Shown in pieces: positions 8,612 through 18,471 of a stretch of DNA of 52,970 nucleotides. The notes under the pieces are model-generated. The model was not told the origin of the DNA and did no database searches. It was given only the letters and a program-made list of their open reading frames with translations. Position numbers and translations under genes: made by a program. This DNA comes from Dehalococcoidia bacterium (GTDB lineage: Bacteria; Chloroflexota; Dehalococcoidia; Lucifugimonadales; Australimonadaceae): contig DAOUHT010000116.1 of NCBI GenBank assembly GCA_034428375.1, positions 1 to 52,970 of the forward strand, in the 5' to 3' direction. Position 1 is the first letter of the stretch. Each line of letters opens with the position of its first letter.

Positions 8612-9547
8612 ATGCGCCGCCTGCGCTTCTCCATTGCCATCCTCGGCGCGTTCGTTGCTGCGCTGTTCGCTGCCGCCTGCTCGCCTGAACCCACGCCTAC
8701 CCCAACGCCGACTTGGACTCCTGTGCCTGAGGTGCAGGAGTGGGAGACCATCCTCGGCACGACGGTGCTCCGCACCGGAACGCAGCGGGTGGCGTTCCTG
8801 CTCGCCTCCGGCTCCGCGCTCGTGCGTGTGCCCGAGGCGACCGTGACCACGACGTTTCTGGACGGCAGCGCCGAGGGCGAGACGGCGACCGCGCAGTTTC
8901 ACGAGTGGCCGTTCGGCACGCGTGGCTCCTACGTAACGCAGCTGACATTCCCGGTGGTGGGCACGTGGCGGCTCGACATCGAGGGCGAGGGAGGCGAAGC
9001 GTCGCTGGAGATCCAGGTGGACGAGACGTCCATCGTGCGGGACATCGGGCAGATCGGCGTCTTCAGCAACACGAAGACGCTGGACAGCGCGGGCGGCGAC
9101 ATCAGCAGCATCACATCCCACTTCAGGCCCGACCCGGCCCTGTATGAGATAACTCTCGCGGAATCGCTGTTCAGCGGCAGGCCGACGGTAGTGGTATTCG
9201 CGTCACCCGCGTTCTGCACAACGGCGACATGCGGCCCGCAGGTGGAGACCGTCACCGAGTTGCGCGAGGCGTACCCGGACGCGGCTGACTACATCCACGT
9301 CGAGGTGTACGACAATCCGCACGAGATACAGGGCGACCTTACGAGGGGCGTCCTCTCGCCGGTGCTGGCCGAGTGGGGCATAGACCAGGTCGAGCACTAC
9401 CGGAACGAGTCTTGGACGTTCATCATCGGCGCTGACGCTCGCATCGCAGAGCGCTTCGAGGGCTACGCCACGTTCGAGGAACTGGAAGAGGCGCTGCAGG
9501 AAGTGGGGCTGGTACTTAGCAGCTACCACCATGTTGGGACCAGCTAG
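8612..9547 (+). CDS. Lipoprotein with an N-terminal beta domain and a C-terminal thioredoxin-like fold carrying CxxxxC
   Basis: Lipobox FAAAC, PTPTPTPT linker, VVVFASPAFCTTATCGPQV, YIHVEVY, ESWTFIIG. Confidence 0.75.
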   Translation: MRRLRFSIAILGAFVAALFAAACSPEPTPTPTPTWTPVPEVQEWETILGTTVLRTGTQRVAFLLASGSALVRVPEATVTTTFLDGSAEGETATAQFHEWPFGTRGSYVTQLTFPVVGTWRLDIEGEGGEASLEIQVDETSIVRDIGQIGVFSNTKTLDSAGGDISSITSHFRPDPALYEITLAESLFSGRPTVVVFASPAFCTTATCGPQVETVTELREAYPDAADYIHVEVYDNPHEIQGDLTRGVLSPVLAEWGIDQVEHYRNESWTFIIGADARIAERFEGYATFEELEEALQEVGLVLSSYHHVGTS

Positions 9548-9569
9548 TGAACAGAAAGGGTGACCCACG

Positions 9570-10007
9570 ATGAGCATCCGACTCGCCAATACAGATCAGG
9601 AGATTGCGGCATGCTTTGGCGTGATGCACCAGTTGCGTCCGCACCTCACCCCAGACACCTTTCTCTCTAGAGTTCGTTCCCAGCAGCAGGCTGGCTACGT
9701 GCTTGCGTACGTTGAGAGTGACGGGCGGCCCGTCGCGGTGGCTGGCTTCCGCATACTCGAGACGCTTGGGTCCGGGCGCTTCCTGAACGTTGATGACCTA
9801 GTTACGCTCGATACCGAACGCTCCAGAGGCCATGGCGCCACGCTTCTCAAGTGGTTGATCAGTCGGGCCGAGGCTGAATCGTGCGGGCGGCTTGAGCTTG
9901 ACTCGGCTATGCGCCGCAGGGACGCCCACAGGTTCTATGAGCGAGAGGGCATGGAGGCCAGCGCGTACCGCTTTGCGGTGACCCTGGGCAAACTGAACGC
10001 CACGTAG
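9570..10007 (+). CDS. GNAT family N-acetyltransferase
   Basis: Acetyl-CoA-binding motif VDDLVTLDTERSRGHGATLL; AHRFYEREG. Confidence 0.85.
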   Translation: MSIRLANTDQEIAACFGVMHQLRPHLTPDTFLSRVRSQQQAGYVLAYVESDGRPVAVAGFRILETLGSGRFLNVDDLVTLDTERSRGHGATLLKWLISRAEAESCGRLELDSAMRRRDAHRFYEREGMEASAYRFAVTLGKLNAT

Positions 10008-10099
10008 CTCTCGCGCTTGCGGCTGCCTCGGGCCAAGGTGATGGTTCCCGCGCAGACTCCCCGACGGATAGCAAACGCGAGAGCGTTCCAGTGAGGGCT

Positions 10100-10522
10100 T
10101 TAGGCGTTGAGGTTCTCGAAGGCCTTGGTGAACCGGCCTGCGTGCGAGCGTTCGGCGCGGGCGAGCGTCTCGAACCACTCCGCGAGTTCGTCGAAGCCCT
10201 CATCGCGCGCGACCCTGGCGAAGTGGGGGTACATCTCGCTGTAGTCGTAGGTCTCTCCGGCGATGGCGGACTTCAGGTTGGCCTCGGTGTTGCCGAGGGG
10301 CTCGCCAGTGGCGGGGTCGCCGGTCTCCTTCAGGAAGTCAAGATGCCCGAAGGCGTGGCCGGTCTCTGCCTCTGAGATGTCCCGGAAGAGCCCGCCGATC
10401 TCGGGGTAGCCTTCGATGTCGGCGCGGCGTGCGAAGTAGAGGTAGCGCCGGTTGGCCTCGGACTCGCGGGCGAACGCCGCCTTCAGGTTCGCCTCGCTCT
10501 TGGTGCCTTGCAATCCTGCCAT
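10100..10522 (-). CDS. Rubrerythrin/ferritin-like di-iron protein lacking the rubredoxin domain
   Basis: [44 protein letters not shown] di-iron E/ExxH motifs; no C-terminal CxxC...CxxC; SD GAGGAG. Confidence 0.9.
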   Translation of the reverse strand: MAGLQGTKSEANLKAAFARESEANRRYLYFARRADIEGYPEIGGLFRDISEAETGHAFGHLDFLKETGDPATGEPLGNTEANLKSAIAGETYDYSEMYPHFARVARDEGFDELAEWFETLARAERSHAGRFTKAFENLNA

Positions 10523-10776
10523 TCGATATCTCCTCGGCGTTGGGGTGGGAGCCGCTGGAGGCGAGCGCCTTCAATCGCCATAGGACTGGGGCTGTCGACT
10601 ATAGGGGGGGCTCCGGCATGGGTCAACCCTGCATGCCTTAACGTGTCACCGCCGGTTTGCGGGCGTTCGGGCGTGGGGCATATCCTGTTCTGAAGGGCGT
10701 GGCCGAGGGTTGTGAGCGCTCCTGGCGCTCCGTGGATGGCCTGATTCCCCCACATCAAGGACAGAGGTGGATTGCC

Positions 10777-12021
10777 GTGAGCGTGTTGATGGAGCGTGAC
10801 CCCGAGATCGCAGAGGCCATCCGGAAGGAGTCTGACCGGCAACGCCGGAACGTCGTACTGATCGCAGCGGAGAACTACGCGAGCCGCGCGGTGCTGGAGG
10901 CGCAGGGCTCTCCCCTGACGAACAAGTACGCGGAAGGCTACCCCGGACGCCGCTACTACGGCTCCTGCGAGTTCGTGGACATCGCCGAGCAGCTGGCCAT
11001 CGACCGCGCGAAGGAGCTGTTCGGTGCGGAGCACGTGAACGTGCAGCCTCACGCCGGAGCAACCGCCAACATGGAGGCGTACGCCGCGCTCTGCGACATC
11101 GGCGACACCATCATGGGCCTGCAGCTGGACCAGGGCGGGCACCTCACGCACGGCAGTCCGGTCAACTTCTCAGCCAAGCTGTACAACTTCGTGGCCTACG
11201 GCCTCGACCCCGAGACGGAGCAGTTGGACTACGACGCCATCGCAGCGCAGGCGCGGGAAGTCAAACCGAAGGTTATCGTGGCGGGCTACACGGCGTACCC
11301 GCGGACGATAGATTTCGCGCGGTTCGCGGAGATAGCGGAAGAGGTGGGCGCCGTGCTCATGGTGGACATGGCGCACATAGCCGGGCTGGTGGCTGCGGGC
11401 GCACACCCGTCGCCACTGCCGCACGCGTCCGTCGTGACGAGCACGACGCACAAGTCGCTGCGGGGGCCGCGCGGCGCGTTCATCCTCAGCACAGAGGAGC
11501 ATCGCCGGAACATAGACCGTGCGGTGTTCCCGTACGCGCAGGGGGGGCCGCTCATGCATGCCATCGCCGCGAAGGCGGTCTGCTTCGGCGAGGCACTCCA
11601 GCCCGAGTTCGCGACGTATGGCCACCAGATCGTCGAGAACGCTCGCGCCATGGCCGCGGCGCTCGAGGGCGAGGGCCTGCGCATCGTCTCCGGCGGCACC
11701 GACAACCACCTGATGCTCGTGGACCTGAGGCCGCTCGGCTGGACGGGACAGGAGGCCGAGGAGGTGCTCGGCCGGGTTCGCATCACGGTGAACAAGAACG
11801 CCATCCCGAACGACCCGCAGCCGCCACGTGTCACGAGCGGCTTGCGGCTCGGCACGCCGGCCGTGACGGCGCGCGGGTTCGGCGTCGAGGAGTGCCAGAA
11901 GGTGGCGCAACTTCTCGTGCGGACACTGAACAGCAAGGGCGACGACGCGGCGCTCAGCGCCATTGCTGACGAGGTCGGCCAGTTGACGGCCGGCTTCCCT
12001 GTGCCGGGGCTCGACGACTAG
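10777..12021 (+). CDS. glyA: Serine hydroxymethyltransferase
   Basis: [59 protein letters not shown]; GTG start with SD GAGG. Confidence 0.97.
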   Translation: MSVLMERDPEIAEAIRKESDRQRRNVVLIAAENYASRAVLEAQGSPLTNKYAEGYPGRRYYGSCEFVDIAEQLAIDRAKELFGAEHVNVQPHAGATANMEAYAALCDIGDTIMGLQLDQGGHLTHGSPVNFSAKLYNFVAYGLDPETEQLDYDAIAAQAREVKPKVIVAGYTAYPRTIDFARFAEIAEEVGAVLMVDMAHIAGLVAAGAHPSPLPHASVVTSTTHKSLRGPRGAFILSTEEHRRNIDRAVFPYAQGGPLMHAIAAKAVCFGEALQPEFATYGHQIVENARAMAAALEGEGLRIVSGGTDNHLMLVDLRPLGWTGQEAEEVLGRVRITVNKNAIPNDPQPPRVTSGLRLGTPAVTARGFGVEECQKVAQLLVRTLNSKGDDAALSAIADEVGQLTAGFPVPGLDD

Positions 12022-12027
12022 GCGCGG

Positions 12028-12058
12028 TTGCCGTTCCCACAGGCGCGCGTGCTATAAT
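12028..12058 (+). promoter_or_regulatory. sigma70 promoter of rpsF-ssb-rpsR (extended -10)
   Basis: TGCTATAAT at 12050-12058 is a perfect TGn-TATAAT; TTGCCG at 12028-12033 lies 19 nt upstream. Confidence 0.65.
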
Positions 12059-12135
12059 CGCCAGACGTGCGCGGAACAACCGCGCCGTTTCGGCTGAGAT
12101 AACGGAAGACGTAAGCGGAACAGAGGGAGCGGGGA

Positions 12136-12426
12136 GTGCGTCAGTACGAGTTGATGCTGTTGGTTCATCCTGATGCCGACGAAGAGCGGCTTGGGGCGGT
12201 CGTCGAGCGCGTTCGTCGCGTGGCGTCCGACCACGGCGGCGGAGTCGTGAGCGAGGACAACTGGGGCAGGCGCAAACTGGCGTACAGGATAGGCCGGTTC
12301 ACCGAGGCCAACTACCACATGGCGAACATCGAGATGGAAGGCGCCGGAACGACCGTGCTGGAGAACTCTCTCAAGCTCACGGACGACGTTATCCGGCACC
12401 TCCTCATTCGCAAGGACGAGGAGTAG
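12136..12426 (+). CDS. rpsF: 30S ribosomal protein S6
   Basis: MRQYELMLLVHP, WGRRKLAYRI, VIRHLLIR. Confidence 0.95.
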   Translation: MRQYELMLLVHPDADEERLGAVVERVRRVASDHGGGVVSEDNWGRRKLAYRIGRFTEANYHMANIEMEGAGTTVLENSLKLTDDVIRHLLIRKDEE

Positions 12427-12437
12427 AGGGGGCGCGC

Positions 12438-12878
12438 GTGGTCGGCCTCAACAAGATCATGGTGATCGGGAACGTGGGAACGGACCCGGAGATGCGCTAT
12501 ACGCCCTCCGGCGCTCCGGTGACCTCTTTCCGCATCGCCGCGAGCCGCTCCTACAACACGCGCGAAGGCGAACGGCGCCAGGAGACAGAGTGGTTCACCG
12601 TCGTCGCGTGGAACGCCCTTGCGGAGCAGGTGAACCAGTACCTTTCCAAGGGACGCAGAGCCTACGTCGATGGCCGCCTCCGCAGCCATTCCTTCCAGGG
12701 CAACGACGGACAGATGCGGTTCCGGAACGAGATCATCGCGGACCGGGTGCTGTTTCTGGACAGGCCGGGCGCGGGCGACGAAGGCGGCGAATACGGCGGA
12801 GGTTCCTACGGGCAGAGCACGGGCGGCGGGTACGACACCGGCCCTGAGGTGCTCTCGCCGGACGACCTCCCGTTCTGA
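12438..12878 (+). CDS. ssb: Single-stranded DNA-binding protein
   Basis: LNKIMVIGNVGTDPEMRYTPSG, TEWFTVVAW, C-terminal DDLPF. Confidence 0.97.
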   Translation: MVGLNKIMVIGNVGTDPEMRYTPSGAPVTSFRIAASRSYNTREGERRQETEWFTVVAWNALAEQVNQYLSKGRRAYVDGRLRSHSFQGNDGQMRFRNEIIADRVLFLDRPGAGDEGGEYGGGSYGQSTGGGYDTGPEVLSPDDLPF

Positions 12879-12898
12879 GTACAGAGGAGAGCACGTAG

Positions 12899-13501
12899 AT
12901 GCAGAACATACGACGGCGGCGTCCCGGAGGGCGCCGGTACTTCCCCAGGCGGAAGGTCTGCTACTTCAGCGCTGAGAAGAAGACGCCGGACTACAAGGAC
13001 GTTCCCGTCCTGCGCCGGTTCATCTCCGAGTGGGGAAAGATCGACTCCAGCAGGCGCACAGGCACGCGGGCGCGCCACCAGCGCAAGCTCGCCGTCGCCA
13101 TCAAGCGCGCGCGCTTCCTCGCGCTGCTGCCGTACACCGGCGGACACAGCCTCATCGAACTGACGCGCCCCGACCGCGGCGGACGCCGGTTCGGCCAGCG
13201 CGAGGGCGGCTTCAGCCGCGGCCCGCGCCCCGACGCGGCTGCCGCTCCCGCTGAGGGAGCGACGGCAGAGACCAGTGCTCCCGTTGCTGAAGGCGCACCC
13301 GCTGCCGAGGCAGGGATTGCAGAGAGCGACGCCCCCGTGGCCGATGCGGCGCCTGTTGCCGAGGCCGAGGCTGCGGCTCCCGCTGAGGACACGGCTCCTG
13401 CTCCCGCTGAGGACACGGCTCCTGCGGAGGACACCTCTCCTGCAGAGGACGCTCCCGAACCCCCTGCGCCCGCCGCTGACGCGGCAGACTCCGAAGAGTA
13501 G
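12899..13501 (+). CDS. rpsR: 30S ribosomal protein S18 with a long Ala/Pro/Glu-rich tail
   Basis: [18 protein letters not shown]...[20 protein letters not shown], then more than 100 aa of low-complexity tail. Confidence 0.92.
   Translation: MQNIRRRRPGGRRYFPRRKVCYFSAEKKTPDYKDVPVLRRFISEWGKIDSSRRTGTRARHQRKLAVAIKRARFLALLPYTGGHSLIELTRPDRGGRRFGQREGGFSRGPRPDAAAAPAEGATAETSAPVAEGAPAAEAGIAESDAPVADAAPVAEAEAAAPAEDTAPAPAEDTAPAEDTSPAEDAPEPPAPAADAADSEE
13376..13423 (+). repeat. 2 x 24-bp perfect tandem repeat (APAEDTAP) with degenerate copies following
   Basis: GCTCCCGCTGAGGACACGGCTCCT at 13376 and 13400. Confidence 0.85.
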
Positions 13502-13512
13502 TACACGCCTGC

Positions 13513-14523
13513 ATGCGACAACGCCGACGCGCGGAACGCCAGCATTCGGGGCGCTCAGCGTCTCCGCAGGTCGCTGGCCGCCGCCTGAACGAACGCCAGC
13601 GCCAGCGCATACTCTACGTAGCCATCGCAGTTGTGCTCGTGGGGCTCGTCGCGATGCTCGCGGTGGGCTGGTACCTCAACTCGTACCGCGTTCCCCGCAA
13701 GGTCGTTGCCGAGATTGACGGCGTGCAGTACCAGTTACGGGAGGCGCTCCCTTACGCACTTCTGGACGCCGGTGTGACCGGCTCCTTCGTGCCGGACCAG
13801 GGTCTGAACAACCTGCTCGGCGACGGCATCATCGAGCGCAACATCGATGAGATAGGCGGCGACATCGAACCGGGCGCGGTGGATGCGGAGATCGTGAGGC
13901 AGTATGAACCGCTCCCGGAGGATGAAGAAGCCGAGCCTCCAACGAGCCTGAGCGAGGAAGGGCGCGAATTCTTCGCGCAATTCCTCGATTTCGTGCGGGT
14001 CAGCGAAGACGACTACCGCGCGTGGCTCACAGGCCAATTGCGCCGTCAGTCCGCACTCGAATACTTCTCTGCGGAAGCGCCCGAGACCACCGAGCAGATA
14101 CACGTCGAGTGGATCGTGACGCAGAGCGTCACGGTCGCGCGGCACGCGGTCGCGCGTCTCGAAGAGGGCGAGGAGTTCGCCGACGTTGCCAGAGAATTGA
14201 ACGAGGACTTCCTCTTCTCGGACGCGGAAGGCGTCGTCGGCTGGGTGCCGGAGGGGGTCCTGCAGGCCGACGTGAACGGCGTGCTGTTCGCGGAAGGCAT
14301 CGAACAGGACGAAGTGCAGGGACCGCACACAACGGCGTTCGGTACTATCGTATTCCGGGTAACCGACGGCCCGTCCGATGAGCCGCTGACCGGCGTCATG
14401 CGGGAGCTGTGGGCACAGAACGATTTCCAGGAATGGGTGGACGGCAAGAGCCTCGGACTGCAGTACTACTTCACTGCGGACGACGCTCGATGGCTGGTGG
14501 AGCAACTAGAGAGTCTCCAATGA
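13513..14523 (+). CDS. Membrane-anchored SurA/PrsA-like parvulin-domain foldase (degenerate)
   Basis: Single N-terminal TM helix; EQIHVEWIVT...RLEEGEEFADVARELNED...GVVGWVP...GPHTTAFG is parvulin-like. Confidence 0.7.
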   Translation: MRQRRRAERQHSGRSASPQVAGRRLNERQRQRILYVAIAVVLVGLVAMLAVGWYLNSYRVPRKVVAEIDGVQYQLREALPYALLDAGVTGSFVPDQGLNNLLGDGIIERNIDEIGGDIEPGAVDAEIVRQYEPLPEDEEAEPPTSLSEEGREFFAQFLDFVRVSEDDYRAWLTGQLRRQSALEYFSAEAPETTEQIHVEWIVTQSVTVARHAVARLEEGEEFADVARELNEDFLFSDAEGVVGWVPEGVLQADVNGVLFAEGIEQDEVQGPHTTAFGTIVFRVTDGPSDEPLTGVMRELWAQNDFQEWVDGKSLGLQYYFTADDARWLVEQLESLQ

Positions 14524-15830
14524 GCACGCATGAGGCAGTCGGCGTGGCACTCCTTGGCGCGGGCACCGTCGGGACCGGTGTGGCGCAGACGCTCTCCGGC
14601 AAGGCCGGCGAACTGACGCGCTACGCGGGGCGTCCGCTGCGGCTGTCCGGCGTACTGGTACGCGATACCGCTCGGAAGAGGCCCGGATTTCCGCCGGACG
14701 TACACCTCACCAACGACCCCACAACCCTGACCGGCGCCGCCGACGTGGACATCGTCGTCGAGGTGATGGGCGGAGAGCAGCCTGCGCTCGGTTGCATCGA
14801 AGCCGCGCTGCGCTCCGGGAAGCACGTCGTGACCGCCAACAAGCAGGTGATGGCGTTGCACGGGCCGGAACTGCTGGCGCTTGCCACGGAGCACGGTGTG
14901 ACGCTGGCGTTCGAGGCAAGCGTCGGCGGCGGCATCCCCATCATCGGCCCGCTGGTGCGCGACCTCGCCGGGAACCGCGTCACGGCGGTCAACGCCGTCA
15001 TCAACGGCACGACGAACTACATGCTCACCCGCATGGCGAAGCAGGGCGCGTCCTACGAGGACGCGCTTGCGGAGGCGCAGCGCAACGGCTACGCCGAACC
15101 TGACCCGTCCGACGACGTCGACGGTAGGGACGCCGCGTACAAGCTCGCCATCCTCAGTGCGCTGGCGTTCCGGTGCACCGTGCGCGAGCCGGACGTGTAC
15201 CGCGAAGGCATACGTGAGCTGGACGCGGCGGATTTCGAGTACGCGCGTGAACTGGGGTACGTTATCAAACTGCTGGCCGCGAGCCGGTTGCAGGGCGGAG
15301 CCGTGCAGGCGCGAGTGCACCCGGCTTTCCTGCATGAACAGCACCCACTGGCGAAAGTGGACGGCGTCTACAATGCGGTCGAACTCGAGGGAGACCTGGT
15401 CGGCTGGGCGATGTTCCAGGGCCCGGGCGCAGGCGCTGCGCCCACCACCTCTGCCATTATCGGGGACGTGCTCTCTATCGTGCGGGCTTCGATCTCCGGA
15501 GGCGCTATCCCATCGTACCCGGACGTGCGGGAGCGCCTGCCTATCCTGCCGGTGGCGGAGTTGGAGACGAAGTACTATCTTCGACTGCGGGCGTACGACA
15601 AGCCCGGAGTGATGGCGCAGATCACAGGCGTCCTCGGAGAGATGGGCGTCAGCCTCGCCTCCATCATCCAGAAAGAGGTGCCGGAGGACGCCGGGACGCC
15701 TGCTGAGGTCGTCATCATCACCCACAAGGCGCGGGAGTCGGCTGTGCAGGAAGCCGCGCGTAAACTGGAAGCGCTGTCGGTGGTCTATGGCCAACCGAAA
15801 CTCGTGCGCATCGAAGACGGCTCCGCGTAG
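14520..15830 (+). CDS. hom: Homoserine dehydrogenase with C-terminal ACT domain
   Basis: GAGTVGTG, VVTANK, EASVGGGIP, INGTTNYML, GYAEPDPSDDVDG, GPGAG, DKPGVMAQI; ATGA overlap with the upstream stop. Confidence 0.96.
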   Translation: MSTHEAVGVALLGAGTVGTGVAQTLSGKAGELTRYAGRPLRLSGVLVRDTARKRPGFPPDVHLTNDPTTLTGAADVDIVVEVMGGEQPALGCIEAALRSGKHVVTANKQVMALHGPELLALATEHGVTLAFEASVGGGIPIIGPLVRDLAGNRVTAVNAVINGTTNYMLTRMAKQGASYEDALAEAQRNGYAEPDPSDDVDGRDAAYKLAILSALAFRCTVREPDVYREGIRELDAADFEYARELGYVIKLLAASRLQGGAVQARVHPAFLHEQHPLAKVDGVYNAVELEGDLVGWAMFQGPGAGAAPTTSAIIGDVLSIVRASISGGAIPSYPDVRERLPILPVAELETKYYLRLRAYDKPGVMAQITGVLGEMGVSLASIIQKEVPEDAGTPAEVVIITHKARESAVQEAARKLEALSVVYGQPKLVRIEDGSA

Positions 15831-15851
15831 GTCCCGGAGCACGGAGGAAGC

Positions 15852-16907
15852 GTGAGTGAAGGAGTTCTGAAGCGCTATGCGAGCCGCCTGCCGCTGACGG
15901 CAGCGACTCCGGCGCTGACCATCGGCGAGGGAAGCACGCCGCTCGTACGGTCGCGCAGCCTGGAACGGGAGTTCGGGGTCGGCGCGCTCTACTTCAAGCT
16001 GGAAGGCTGCAATCCCACCGGGTCGTTCAAGGACCGGGGGATGGTCGTCGCCGTGGCGAAGGCGATGGAGGAAGGGATGACGCGCCTGCTGTGCGCGTCC
16101 ACCGGCAACACGAGCGCCTCGGCGTCTGCGTTCGGGGCAGCGTCGGGGCTGGAGACGGTCGTCCTCGTGCCGGAGGGCAGCGTTGCTCCGGGCAAGATGA
16201 GCCAGGCCGTCGCCTACGGTGCGCGTATCGTCACGATCCAGGGCAACTTCGATGACGCCCTCCGCATAGCGCGCGAACTGGCCGCGTACGAGGAGCGTTT
16301 CGCGCTGGTCAACTCCGTGAACCCCAACCGACTGGAAGGGCAGAAGACAGCGGCGTTCGAGATCGTCGACGACCTCGGCGACGCACCGGACTACCTGTTC
16401 ATCCCCGTTGGCAACGCGGGCAACATCACCGCCTACTGGCGGGGGTTCGTCGAGTACCACCAGGCAGGCATAGCGACCCGTCGCCCCCGGATGATGGGGA
16501 TGGAGGCCGCCGGAGCGGCTCCAATCGTTCAGGGCGCGCCCGTCCTCAAACCGGAGACGGTCGCCTCTGCGATACGTATCGGCAACCCCGCAAACTGGGC
16601 GGGAGCCGTCGCGGCGCGCGACGAGTCCGGCGGAACGGTAGACGCCGTCACCGATAGTGAGATACTCGAAGCGTACGGCCTGCTCCCGAGCATGGAGGGC
16701 ATCTTCTGCGAGCCCGCGTCCGCCGCAGGAGTCGCGGGGCTCATCAAGCAGGCGCGCGCGGGCGCGGACTTCTCGTCGGCGACGGTGGTATGCATCATCA
16801 CCGGCACGGGGCTGAAGGACACGCCGATGGCGGAGCAGTTGGTGACGCGTCCGCCGGAGACAGCACCGCCGGACGTGCGCGAGGTCGCACGGGTCATAGC
16901 GGGCTGA
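15852..16907 (+). CDS. thrC: Threonine synthase
   Basis: [10 protein letters not shown] (PLP Lys), [38 protein letters not shown]. Confidence 0.95.
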   Translation: MSEGVLKRYASRLPLTAATPALTIGEGSTPLVRSRSLEREFGVGALYFKLEGCNPTGSFKDRGMVVAVAKAMEEGMTRLLCASTGNTSASASAFGAASGLETVVLVPEGSVAPGKMSQAVAYGARIVTIQGNFDDALRIARELAAYEERFALVNSVNPNRLEGQKTAAFEIVDDLGDAPDYLFIPVGNAGNITAYWRGFVEYHQAGIATRRPRMMGMEAAGAAPIVQGAPVLKPETVASAIRIGNPANWAGAVAARDESGGTVDAVTDSEILEAYGLLPSMEGIFCEPASAAGVAGLIKQARAGADFSSATVVCIITGTGLKDTPMAEQLVTRPPETAPPDVREVARVIAG

Positions 16908-16917
16908 GGAGAAGACG

Positions 16918-17487
16918 TTGACGATAGACTCGGCCAGAGTGGAGCATGCCATTCGCGAACTACTGCTCGCCATAGGCGAGGACCCGGAACGCGAAGGCTT
17001 GCGCGACACTCCGGAGCGCGTCGCCCGGATGTACGAAGAGATATCGGGAGGCATCGATCAGGACGCGAGGCAAGTGCTCTCCGTGCAGTTCGACGAGTCG
17101 CACCAGGAGATGGTGCTGATGCGCGACATGCCGTTCTACTCGCTCTGCGAGCATCACCTCCTCCCCTTCTTCGGCACAGCGCACGTTGCCTACATCCCGC
17201 ACGGGAAGATCGTTGGCATCAGCAAGCTGGCGCGCGCCGTGGATATCTTCGCGAAGCGCCCGCAGGTGCAGGAGCGCCTCACGTCCCAGATAGCGGACGC
17301 CATCATGGAAACGGTTGAGCCGTCCGGCGCCGCTGTGGTCATGCGTGCGGAACACCTTTGCATGTCCATGCGCGGCGTCCGCAAGCCGGGCACGTCCATC
17401 GTCACGTCCGCGCTGCGCGGCGTCTTCGTATCGGACGAAGCGACCCGGGCGGAGGCGCTGAGCCTGCTGCAGGAGGGACTGCATTGA
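16918..17487 (+). CDS. folE: GTP cyclohydrolase I
   Basis: [46 protein letters not shown]. Confidence 0.97.
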   Translation: MTIDSARVEHAIRELLLAIGEDPEREGLRDTPERVARMYEEISGGIDQDARQVLSVQFDESHQEMVLMRDMPFYSLCEHHLLPFFGTAHVAYIPHGKIVGISKLARAVDIFAKRPQVQERLTSQIADAIMETVEPSGAAVVMRAEHLCMSMRGVRKPGTSIVTSALRGVFVSDEATRAEALSLLQEGLH

Positions 17488-18452
17488 CGTGCGCCGAGGC
17501 AACGAGGTCGTTCGCGCCCGTTCGTGCGGTCTGGCGTGAACTGCTGGAGCGTCTGCCGTGGAGCACCATCTTCATGACGCCGGAGTGGCAGGAGGCGTGG
17601 TGGGACGAGTTCGGTCACGACGACGAACTGCGCCTCGTTACCGTCGGCCCGCCCGATGCGCCGCTGGGACTCGCGCCGCTGCAGCTGAGCGGTGAACGCA
17701 TCACCTTCGTCGGAGGCACCGACCTCTTCGACTACCACGATTTCATCGCACCGGACCCCGCGTTCTATTTCGAACTCTTCGATTGCCTGGAGAGCGAGCC
17801 GTGGCGCACGATGGACCTGTCGTCCGTGCCGGAGTGGTCACCGACGTTCACCCTCCTCCCGCAGGCGGCCCGCGAGCGCGGCTACGCTATCGCTGTCGAG
17901 GAGGAAGACGTGGTGCCCGGCGTGACGCTGCCGGAATCATGGGACGCCTACCTCGCGGGCTTGCGGAAGAAGGACCGGCACGAACTGCGGCGCAAACTGC
18001 GCCGGCTGGAGTCCGCCGGCCCGGTGCGCGTGCGGCTCGCCGACGCTGAAACACTCGAACGTGACCTGTTGGTGTTCCAGGAGGTCATGGCGGAGAGCAG
18101 GGCGGAGAAGCGTGAGTTCCTCAGCCCTGTGCGCGAGGCGTTCTTCCAGCGTATGACGGACCGGATGTTCGAGGCAGGGCATCTGCGCCTCTTCCTGCTG
18201 GAGATAGGCGACGATCCTGCCGCCGCAGCCGTCCTTTCGTTCGACTACGCGGGCAGGCGGCTCCTCTACAACAGCGGCTACCGCCACGGTTACGACCACC
18301 TCGCCACGGGACTCATGCTCAAGGCGCTCTGCATCAAGGATGCGATAGAGAGCGGACTCACCTACTTCGACCTGCTCAGGGGCGCGGAGCACTACAAGTA
18401 CCATCTCGGTGGGGTGGACGCGCGCATCCATCGCATCGTCGTCACGCGCTGA
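17484..18452 (+). CDS. GNAT family protein (CelD/BcsL-like, Acetyltransf_6 type)
   Basis: [60 protein letters not shown]; TTG start overlaps the folE stop. Confidence 0.8.
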   Translation: MTCAEATRSFAPVRAVWRELLERLPWSTIFMTPEWQEAWWDEFGHDDELRLVTVGPPDAPLGLAPLQLSGERITFVGGTDLFDYHDFIAPDPAFYFELFDCLESEPWRTMDLSSVPEWSPTFTLLPQAARERGYAIAVEEEDVVPGVTLPESWDAYLAGLRKKDRHELRRKLRRLESAGPVRVRLADAETLERDLLVFQEVMAESRAEKREFLSPVREAFFQRMTDRMFEAGHLRLFLLEIGDDPAAAAVLSFDYAGRRLLYNSGYRHGYDHLATGLMLKALCIKDAIESGLTYFDLLRGAEHYKYHLGGVDARIHRIVVTR

Positions 18453-18471
18453 TAGCGCGGAGGTGAGCGGG

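Noticed and set aside
10100-10522. Rubrerythrin lacking the rubredoxin domain as a novelty
   Set aside because: Short erythrin/sulerythrin-type proteins are a well-known subgroup.
10523-10776. Possible ZTP or THF riboswitch before glyA
   Set aside because: I could not find the conserved ZTP (ACUGGCG...CGCCUGGG) or THF elements; only generic GC hairpins are present.
14466-17054. Very long antisense or alternate-frame ORFs (862 aa here; also 4228-6594, 6516-8414, 27905-29674, 29506-31233, 39499-40755, 49740-51032)
   Set aside because: They overlap well-supported genes, have Arg/Ala/Gly-rich composition with no motifs, and are the expected shadow ORFs of high-GC coding DNA.
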